The translations under genes and the position numbers were made by a program. Below are positions 42,823 through 53,049 of a stretch of DNA of 64,000 nt, piece after piece (within the stretch, counting starts at the first letter, position 1; the number at the start of each line of letters is the position of its first letter). The notes below the pieces were generated by a model. It was not told the origin of the DNA. It searched no databases and saw only the letters and a list, made by a program, of their open reading frames with translations. This DNA is from the human T2T-CHM13v2.0 reference genome, Homo sapiens. The stretch lies in the NCBI RefSeq assembly GCF_009914755.1, contig NC_060930.1. The stretch is one strand, 5' to 3'.

Positions 42823-45800
42823 AAGGGTTTAGGAGCTTCAAAAGTGTGAATGAATTTGGTAGAAGAGGAGTTTTTGCTTTGAGTGACCCTACAGTCTAGT
42901 AAAGGAGAAAAAACAAGGCATAAGTATTAATAAAAACAAGACAGAATATTATAGGAATTTTAAAAGATGAACAAATAAAGTTCTGTGGGAAATAAAGGAG
43001 AAGGGTGTAAATTTCCATGGAAATGTGAAAAGAACAGAACTTGAAGTGACAGTTAAATTCAACCTTACACAGAACATGTAGAATGCATACTTTCTCATTT
43101 GGCTGGTTAAATTCCAAGTAATTTTATAATTGACCTAATTGCAAAGAGGTAGCTGAGCAGCAAAATATATATAATTCCCTATGGCTGTGGAATCAAGTGT
43201 CTGAAGATGGAGTTATGGATTTAAGAAACAGAAATGCTGCCACTCTGCCCACCCCTGCCATCTCCCACCCAGTTCCCTCCATCTAGGATTCCCATTGGTG
43301 GAGGGAGAAGTGGTTGCCAATTCTCACTTCCCTATTTAGGCAGATCCTCAAGCAGAGAGACTCCTGCCTGTTTTGTTTCTGCTGATATGGGGAAGTGGGT
43401 ACCTCTAACCACTTCCCTAGGGAGCAGGCGCTACTGCTGCCTGAAGCCAAATATCTCTTCCCCGAAAAGGAAGTATAGATTAGAGAGAGGCCCTATTCTG
43501 GGTAGCTTGAATAAAATATAAGCCCTGTTTCTCAGTCTTTGACAGTTGTTAAATAGCAAGAGTTTGGAAATCCCTAAGCTCAGTCCAAGGGCAATCATCT
43601 GTATGGACAGTTAGTCCAGAGAATTGGAGAGAGCACAGGTTATGGAGTGGCCAATCTTCCTCTGCCACCTACCACCTGCTCCATGTCAGGCAAGTCCCAT
43701 TTCCTGTCTGCATTTCAGTTCTTTACCTGTGGAATAATAACATTAGCTATAATTCTCTGAATGCTTGGGATGAGTCAAGCATATTTGAGGTATTATTCTT
43801 CCCTTTTCACAAATAAAGAAAATGGAAGTTAAATAACTCACCCATAATTACCCAACAAGAGTCAGGATTTAAATTCAAGTTTATCTCTAAAGGAGTTAGC
43901 ACCCTTCCCTAAACCTTGCATGTAGTAGGTACTCAATAAATCACAGCTATTATTATTATTATTCCAAAGTGACATTGACAACAGTTATAAGAAAAATAAA
44001 AACAGCAGTAGGACCTATTGTCTTTTTTGCACTGCCACAATAAATATCATGTTAAGCTTTGTAGCTAGAACTATCTTAGAGAGGAACAGATTTGCTCTTA
44101 TAATTACAGCCTGACCAGAACCTTAGCTCCAGAAAGAAGAGAAATTCCATTTATGCATGTTGCACTCTTAATATAATAAAGGAGAAAGAACACTGGCGTA
44201 GGAATTAATAGGCAACTTATACTCGTCACATCTTTTATGATTATCTTATTCCATTCTGGTGACAACCCCCTTACTTTATCCTAATTTAATAGATGTTTAA
44301 AAAGCAAGCTCTGAGTGGAGTAGTGATATGTTTGGCTTAAACTGGCAATGCTGACTTTAATGTGTTTAGTCCAAATTCCATCAATAAATAACCCAGCAAC
44401 TTTTGGCAAGACATTTTGCTTGTCTTCGCCTGGAGTTATTTGTCCATAAAATACCGGTGGGATGTAGATCTTTTGATTTCTAAGGCTTATCTTCCCTAAT
44501 TCTTTTGGCATCTTGCAGCCATTAACAATGGCTGCAGGATAGCCCTTGTTCAAGAAGAAACTCACCTCTCTGTGGGGTTGGCTGCTTAAAGTTGTGCTGT
44601 TTTCAGCCAAGAGTCTTTGTATATACTTATAGCTATAAATTTTATTACTCTGACAAAATTTGGTAGTAAATAATTTTTCTCACCATTTAGTCCTCTACTT
44701 TCATTCAAGAGAGTTCTCTGGAAATTTGAATTATGGTATAAACAAAGCAGAATCTTCATGATGTGTTCATTGTCTTTACATATATAGGAGATGTTTGCAG
44801 GGCAGTCTTGTAGTCATAATATTAACACTGCTGACTTGGAATTTATTTATTTTGCATATAGAAATACAACGAAGGGGCTGTCTGTCATCTAGGTAACCCC
44901 CAGTAGTAATCCAATAGTAATAAGATTGGGATAGTCTGACAAACCATAGGCTATGCTGAGTGGAGAGCCCTGAGCATTCATTTGTCAGAGAAGTTGAAAG
45001 ATTTTCTCTGCAGGAAGCTGCCTCTTGCCTGCACAGGTGGAACTGTGAGCATGTGCCCAGTCCCATGAGTGGAGGGGATTTCTTTTATTTAAAGATACTT
45101 AACTATTTCTAGGCTCATGAAAGACACCAACCAGTAGTAGTGGTCCTAGGCCTAAGGGCTGTGTGTCAGATATCTCTGAAGTGAGGTTATATTGAACCAA
45201 CACAATATTTTGTTTTGTTTTGATAAATTTGCAAGCTCTTGCAGTCTAAGCATGTCTCAGTTAAGCATAGTATCCACTACTCTGTATTTACCTGGCCAAC
45301 TTCATTCATTCACGCTGTCTGCTGCTCCTCGAAACCAGGTGGTCTGTCATCTCTGAAAGAGTGGCTCCTATTTGCTGCGCTTTGCATCTTATCCTCAAAA
45401 CAGAACTGTGAGTTAGGTATAACTCCTATTTATAAGTGAGTAATAGGCATCTCCTATTTATAAGTGAGTAAACTGAGACTCAAAGGGAAAAACTAGCCCA
45501 AGGCAAGATAACTAACAAATCACCACTGATGACTGAGCCTTAAGCCTGCGCCCTAATAAGTTTCATTTTATTTGGTTCTGTCTGTGTCATCTGGCCCCTG
45601 GACCTTTTCTGGAAAGTCTGCAAAGGACCACCTGAGCCCATGACTTGGACTCACTCTTTCATTCGAACAACAAGACACCTTATTGGTTTTATTACAGATA
45701 TCATCACCTAGCCCTCAGCGACTCAAGGTGTCATTATTTTGCCTTCCTTACACCCACTGTGTTAATTTCTGGACCCCAGGTTTTCAAGCCATTGACAATT

Positions 45801-46094
45801 TCAGCGTGTCTGTAATGTCTCCTTAGTAATTATTGAAGGTACTTGTTATATTTAGCCAAGAGAATAACTGGGGTGGTACTAGGATAACATCTACGTTCAA
45901 ATAGTTGGATATTCAAGAGTCGATATATGTCTATGGTTCCGAAGGGCAAAGCCAGGCAGTGTAGGTCCTGCAGAACTCCAATTAATCAGGGCTGCCCAGT
46001 AATCCTAATGCCAAACCCGTGCCCCAGAACCTCGATTTCTCCCCAGACACCAACTCCAAGTTCCTCCACGGGGATGTGGGATTTCAGTTTATGC

Positions 46095-46335
46095 TCTTGC
46101 GTCCCTCTGCAGCCACAGGCCGCAGAGCCCGCCCCCAGGGCCCCGCCCCCGCCCTCCGGGCGCTGGACGCGGGACGCCGTCTCCTGGCAACGCAGACGCG
46201 GAGCCGAGCGCGCCCGCAGGCTCTTTGCTCAGAGCTCAGCCCTACATAGATCGGCTTCTGCCATGGCCTCCAAACAAACCAAAAAGAAAGAGGTGCATCG
46301 TATCAACTCGGCGCACGGATCGGATAAATCGAAAG
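46095..46335 (+). promoter_or_regulatory. ADGB: CpG-rich ADGB promoter / 5' UTR with GC boxes
   Basis: The only CpG-dense non-repeat stretch in the window; Sp/KLF-type CCCGCCC motifs within 46128-46154, just upstream of the ADGB ATG. Confidence 0.85.
46179..46191. promoter_or_regulatory. RFX X-box-like motif GTCTCCTGGCAAC
   Basis: Perfect GGCAAC half-site with an imperfect GTCTCC partner and 1-nt spacer, ending 71 nt before the ATG. Confidence 0.75.
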
Positions 46336-46336
46336 A
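46263..46336 (+). CDS. ADGB: Androglobin coding exon 1
   Basis: Strong Kozak context gccATGG; MASKQTKKKEVHRINSAHGSDKSK is the recognised ADGB N-terminus; donor GA|gtaagg gives a 74-nt phase-2 exon. I did not identify exon 2 in this window. Confidence 0.93.
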
Positions 46337-47529
46337 GTAAGGGACCTCTGCCTGTCCGTCCCTCCCCTGGCCTAGCCCCTCGACCTCACCACTAGTTCTG
46401 GGGCTGCCTCCCTGCAGCAAACTGTGCCAGGGCAGAAGTTTAGTGGCCTCCTCGCAGCTTGTCTTCTCTGGTAAACCAGATCCTGGAGGTGCTCGCTCTC
46501 ATCCTTCTCTCTTGCTTGTCTTGACTCACTTCCTTTCCCAGAGCCCCTGATTTTCTTGCTTTGGGTGTTCAGCTCCCATGGGTGAATCTGCCACCCCTCC
46601 TCTTCTTCATAGCCCTCTCAGGCAGTTAGAAAGGCCATAGCTTTCCTAAGAAAGAGGCATATCTCAAATACTTCTGGTTAAAGCCACATCTTCATGGCCC
46701 CGGAAATGATACAGACAGCGAGTGACAGACAGACATGGACACATTTCACCTTAATGGTGATTTTCTAGTTTGCATCTGCCCAGTCCAACGACTACGATCT
46801 TTAATCAGATATAGTCAGACGTAAAGTGGCTTCTAAACCTTAAAACATTATAAATGTATAGTTCATGTTACTAACATTTACTCTGAGAAAGTAAACAGAC
46901 CCTCGCTCATGGAATTTTTATGGTGCCTTTGTCCTGGGCTGGTGTTAGGTGTTGTGTCTTAGGATGTACTTCCCCATGATTATTATTTTCTGTGGTCTGT
47001 TTCCCTAGGGATATCCAGTTATCCACAGCATAGGATTGGGGCTGTTTGAACTTACACCATTTCTAATGTTCATTCCCACTGTGAGAGAATCCCAGCTGCC
47101 CGCCCTGCTTCAGTGGGATCATTCATGTTCTTCATGCTCTGCCTGATGGGGAGGGCGATGCAATCAATCATTTCAAATTGAATTCTTACATCCTTGATGC
47201 CTGTTTCTCCATTTCCTTCCCTGGCTGAAGAATTCCACATTGGACTGATCCCTATGATTCACTGATCCCTAGGATTTAAACTCTTTTTCTTTGTGAATTC
47301 TTCTCCCAGACTCATTCCCATGTCTGTGAATCTCTAGTCCCTTAGTTCTAACCTCTCTCATAAGCAGGTTTCCAGTTACCCGGCAGATAATCCATTCCTT
47401 TTACTAGCTTAAATTTTAGATATTACATATATAAGTAATATTACATATATAATTTTATATAAATATTACATATGTAATTTTAATAGGATTGCTTTACTTC
47501 TGTGTACCAAAGTCAGGTCTTTTCAGCGT

Positions 47530-48083
47530 TGTCTAATGGCTTCCATTCCTCTAGGTCCAAGGCCGAGGACGCCCTTCAGAATCAGGCCTGTATTACTTCT
47601 CTAAAGTTACCTTCCACTAGCCTTCTCTCCACTCCCTGAGTCATCTCAGGATTGTTCCCACCGCAGGGCCTTTGCACTTGCTGTTTCCCCTATTGGAAAG
47701 CTTTTCTGCTCAAATATCCATATGGTTTTCCCTCTCCCTTCCTTCAGGAGTTTACCTAAATGTCATTTTCTCCTGTTAGCTTCTTTGGCCACCTGATTTA
47801 AAGTTACAACCTCTACTTCTCTGCCAAAATAAAACAAAACAAAACAAAGCTCCCTGTCTTCCTTCACTGTTTTATTTTTTTATTGACTTTTATTTTTTTG
47901 CTCATTTAACATGCTATATATTTCACTTTTTAAAAACTACATTTTTTTTTTCATTTGTCTTCCCAATAGGGAAGGCAGGGATTTTCCTTTTCTATTTTAC
48001 ATACTGTTGAATTCTTAGTACTTAGATAGTTCCAAGATCATACATAGTAGGCACTCAAAAGTGTTTAGTGAATGAATGAATGA
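47530..48083 (+). mobile_element. L2 3' fragment
   Basis: cagggcctttgcacttgctgtt...tagtaggcactcaaaa...gaatgaatgaatga. Confidence 0.78.
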
Positions 48084-48144
48084 CTCTCTTAACTAGGAGA
48101 TATTAAAGGATTGCAAAAGAATTTTGAGTACACCCCTCCCCCAT

Positions 48145-48147
<3 letters not shown>

Positions 48148-48183
<36 letters not shown>
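48148..48183. repeat. (CA)n microsatellite
   Basis: About 18 uninterrupted CA units. Confidence 0.95.
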
Positions 48184-48185
<2 letters not shown>

Positions 48186-49732
48186 TAACTAAGTCACTGA
48201 TGGTTACAAGTAATGCACATTGAAGGCTCACAACTCTTTAGGAGCTTCGGGAAAATCTTGGACTTTAATGAGTTTATATCCTGAAAGAGATGTGACTGTT
48301 AACTCCCATAAAGAAACTTATCAAACCAGACACCATAAAACACATTACTTGCCCTGATCCTTTGATGGTTGTATTACACAATGGAAACTAGATCCCCACT
48401 GGTAAGATGCAAACTCTCTTCTTACTAAGACTGTCTATTTCTTTTTGAGATGGTAATAAATGTCTAACATGTTTTTTTTCTAGAAAATATCTGAATTATA
48501 TCAATAAAAATGTATGCATACATTTATGAAAATAGAAGAGGAAGGGCAAAGAGTTATTTTTAAAAAGCTAAGATTTGTTAGAGACTATTGAGCATCAAAC
48601 ACCAAATCATTAGATTTTTCTGCAGCATTAAATAATTGGATGTTAAGTTCATTATAAATCAAGTCTATCCTCTAAGTTTAACTGAAGAACTAATCACAGA
48701 ACCTAAGCTAACCCATAGATGTAGGACAAAGTGTTACTCAGTATGAGGCGTAGGGATCAAAGTCTAGCAAGGCTCTAGTATGATTGTTATTTAAAATACA
48801 CCGGGAGATTTAGAGTAAGTTTTTATGTCATTTTACCACACCTTGTGTTTACATATCCAATAAATGCGACCAACTCTAACATGTTCCTGGATATGGAAAT
48901 AAAAGAAAAAGTCTTCAGAGCCTTGAAAATGGCTATGCAATAGAATCTTACACTCCTAGAGATGCCATCTCTGACATCTCTCTTTTGCCCTAAAATTATG
49001 TGTCAGACTGGGAATAAGTGTCATGTTTGGCTTTTGCCTCATATGTCAACTAGCACATAAAAAAAGTCACCATGTGCTTACTAAATGAGCTCATAGTTTT
49101 GTTATCCACCTTGGTTTTCATTCCTTCTGAATTTGATCGAAGCCCAATTCTCCTTCTCTTTCCTATTTGATCTGCTATTGGCAAAGTTCAAAAACTGAGA
49201 TGTTACAACTGATTACGGTAGAATCATCTATGTTCATATTCATAAGTAAATATAACTTTGAATCACCAAGAAAAACTATTCCAGGTAACTAAGCTGTAAG
49301 TTTTTACATTAGATTAAACAATTTCTATTTTATCTATTTCCTAGTTCTCTGTATCTGCCAGTATGAAATCACTATTCTAGGGTTCACTCTGGCATCAATT
49401 TTTTGACAACGGACAAGTCATTTTCTATTCTGACATTTAGTTTTCACTTCTTTAAAGGGAGGGTCCTTTAATTGAAATTGCTCTTACCCCAGCATGTCCT
49501 GTTCTCCCTTCCCTGCTTTATATTTTCCTCCAGTTCTAAACTTCCATGATTCTATCAGATATATTTTTTAACTTCACTGGGTCCATAATAAGTGAGGGGA
49601 TTTTGTTACAGTAAAATGTTTAAAACCATGGTTTAACTGATTGTTCTGTTATCATCTTTTAACATAACAATTTTTAACGTAAGATAACTTTAACATAACA
49701 TCACAACTGTCACAGATTATAACTCATTGCCA

Positions 49733-50398
49733 GTATCTTAGTTTGAGCTGCTGTAACAGAATACCATAGATTGGATAGGTTAAACAACAAACATTTGTTT
49801 CTCACAGTTCTGGAGGCTAGAAGTCAACAAGCAGGGTGCCAGCATGGTCAGGTTCGGGGAAGGCTGTCTACGTCAAGGGTCCCCACCCGCTGGGGCTGCG
49901 GACCAGTACCAGTCCATGGCCTGTAAGGACCTGGGCTGTGCAGCAGGAGGTGAGAGGCAGGGGAGTCAACATTTCCCCCTGAGCTCCTCATCCTGTCAGA
50001 TTAGCAGAGGCGTTAAATTCTCATAGGAGCGCAAATCCTATTGTAAACTGTGCATACAAGGGATCTAGGTTGTGTGATCTTTACAAGAATCTAATGCATC
50101 CCCCTCTCCATCCATAGAAAAATTGTCTTCCACAAAACTGGTCCCTGGTGCCAAAAAGGTTGGGGATGGCTGCTCTACTTAATTCACAGACATCTGTCTT
50201 TTTGTATCCTCACATGCTAGAGAGAGAAGGCTAGTTAGTTCTGTTACTTTTCTTATGAGGACAATAATCCCATCATGAGGTCCCACCCTCATAACCTAAT
50301 TACCTCCCAAGGGCCCCATGTCCTAATACCATTCCATTGAGAATTAAAATTTTAAGATGTGTATTTTGGGAGAGGAGACACAGATATGCAATCTGTAA
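49733..50398 (-). mobile_element. MLT1A-like LTR interrupted by MER1B
   Basis: gtatcttagtttgagctgctgtaacagaataccataga...ctaattacctcccaagg. Confidence 0.78.
49874..50172 (+). mobile_element. MER1B-like hAT-Charlie element
   Basis: TIRs caagggtcccc / ggggatggctg; 8-bp TSD gtctacgt / ctctactt; internal gaaaaattgtcttccacaaaactggtccctggtgccaaaaagg. Confidence 0.85.
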
Positions 50399-51359
50399 TA
50401 TAAACTAATAACAATTAGCAATTATAAACAAATTAAATTAATTGATCAATCTAATTGATTTGAAAACTAATAAGTGCTACAAAGATTCATTCACCAATTA
50501 GATGCCACTGGAAGGATTTGTAGTGATATCAAGACAAAAATTTGATCTTCTTGGAAGTACTAAATATAATTCTTTGTGTATATCATAGACAGGATAACAG
50601 AGACAAAAGAAGTCGTGCAGTTTAAGTATTGACAGTATTAATGCATACACTTTATACACTAAAATACTTGGAACCTTAATGGGAAGCTTGAGATAGGGAC
50701 ACAATTTGATGTTTATACTTATAAAATTTTTTTCACTTCCAAAAGGACATTCAAACCAAGATTGAAAAACAGGTAATCTGTTAAACTAACAGGAACCATA
50801 TAGCCTTGTAGATTTGTAATTATAAAATAATATTAAGCCTTTCAAAAACAGAATGAAATATATTTCATAATTTTCAAGTTAATCTAACTTTTGACTAAAA
50901 TGAACATCTAAATTTTATAGAATTTTCAAAAATGATCAACATGTCTCTCTATATGAAATTTGAAAATGATACTATTACAAAAGCTGAATTCAAGATTTAA
51001 TACAATGAAAACAACATAAAATAGAGGAACAAATATCTTGCTGTGTATTAGATTAAGTGAATTCTTTCTTGGTTGTCTGAGGCCCAAGAGAGAGATGATC
51101 CAATGAAACTATGCAATAGAGGTTGGTAAGTAATATGTTTCTCTACCTGCAGCGTTCAGAAAAGAAACCTCCCCAGAGTCTGCAGTACACATTAGGGAGG
51201 TGCTCTCTGTAACCCCAGGTCCAGTTCACATAGCTCACACCAGAAGGCAGAGCTAAGAAGGTGAAACTGTCAACAACCCAAGGATCAGCTGAGTCTTGTG
51301 ATTTCCCCAGGTGACCTGTGTGGAGCTCAACAACTATAGTCAATTAACAAATTTAAAAG

Positions 51360-51796
51360 GTCGGTTGGAGCAAGCATCCCCCAAAGTTCTACAATGTGGC
51401 CGAGGACTTTGATTGTACATTGTTCTTTTTTTAATAGTCATTCCAAATATCATGAGATGCATTGTTACAGGAAGTCCCTTGCCCTCCTAAAAGCCACCCC
51501 ACTTGTCTCTAAGGAGAATGGCCCAGTCCTCTCCCAAGTCCACGCAGGGGAAGTGATAGCATTGCTTTCGTGTAAATTATGTAATGCAAAATTTTTTAAA
51601 TCTTCGCCGTAATACTTTTGTATTTTGTTTTATTTTGAATGATCAGCCTTTGTGGCCCCCCTTTGTTTCCCCCAACTTGAGATGTATGAAGGCTTTTGGT
51701 CTCCCTGGGAGTGGGTGGAGGCAGCCAGGGCTTACCTGTACACTGACTTTAGGCCAGATGAATAAAAGTGCACCTTAAAAATGACAAAAAAAAAAA
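51360..51796 (+). pseudogene. 5'-truncated processed copy of beta-actin (ACTB) mRNA, 3' UTR only
   Basis: Recognised ACTB 3'UTR text from gtcggttggagc...catcccccaaagtt to gggcttacctgtacactgac...AATAAAagtgcac; A11 tail at 51786-51796; L1-endonuclease-type TT|AAAA site and short TSD aaaag[g/a]tc. Confidence 0.92.
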
Positions 51797-53049
51797 GATC
51801 AACTTCAGTGAAAGAAACTTTCCCAGAGGATAGCTTATTCTTTATGCTTATTTCCCAATTATTTATTGAGAATTGCCCATGCTGAAGTCACTGGTAGGCC
51901 CCAGATAATAAGGAATTCTGAAACATGATGCTTTCTGTCAAGGGATTTACACTCTGGGGCCAGGGAAGGGAGGATTCATATAGAAGTAACTAGGAAATAT
52001 AGAGTAATGCCACACTTGACAGGAGAAACTTGTTGGAAGTCATAGAAGGAATCATGCGTTGGTGTGGGGGTAGAGTAGAGGAATCATGAGACTCCTAAAA
52101 TGAGGGCTGTAGGAGTTAGAGGAGAGGAAGAACACTTCCAACTGGGGCTGGTTTTTCATTGCTTCTGTCTAATAGCCACTCTTCAATTTCAAAAGGCACA
52201 GGTTAGTGGGGCGGTTAGTGCAGGCAACAGGAATGTGGGGACAGGTCATCCAAGTTGAATCATAAAGCATCTAAGATGAGTATCCAGCAGAATGACAGGG
52301 ATAGATTAAGGAATTCAAACTATATGTAGTGGGGAAATACAAATGGTTTCAAATATCAAAATGGTGATTTATGATGTATAATTTGACAATTGCATGGAAT
52401 TTATGCTGGATTAGGAATCAAGGTAGCAAGAAATAGTGATGGTCTGAGATAATGGGAGAATGCGTGATTCTTGGTCCTCCTGATGATAGTGAGGAACATA
52501 TTAAAAGCGATGTGAGTGTGCACTGTGCACAGCAGATCTGTAAGGTGATTGTGGTTAAAGACTATACAAGCCACATTTCCAGCCTCCAGTTGCAGTTTTA
52601 ATATATGATGATGATGTCCAGACCAGGATGCCATCCTGTCTGAAAAAGAAAATAAAGAATGTGTAAATAAGATTCAGTGACAGATTTCTGAATGCCTCGC
52701 CTTATTTATTTTGCATTCTCTCCAGGGCCTGAATATATATTTTATATTATATATTTCATAAATGCATGTGTAATTTAATTGAGTTGAACAGCAAACTCAG
52801 TGCAGGAGCTAAACCATAAACTCCCTGACTCAGAACCAGACAGAAACTAGGACAGCCCAGAGGGAAAAGGCCCTGTCATAGTCATCTGCAGCACCCGGGA
52901 CAACACTTGGCACAGATTTGGACATTTTATGAATGTCAGTTGTATGTTTTTAAGTGTAAAAAACGTAGCAAAATTCCATGTTTAATGAGGATACCCCTTT
53001 ATTTTTCATAGAGCCTTTAGTTCTCCCTTTGAAATAGTCTCAATCTGAG

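Noticed and set aside
44281-44610. 109-aa minus-strand ORF upstream of ADGB
   Set aside because: Non-ATG start, no recognisable domain, and a length compatible with chance; kept only as part of the antisense-transcript hypothesis.
51394-51778. ORFs over the actin retrocopy
   Set aside because: The sequence is 3' UTR-derived; no actin coding sequence is present.
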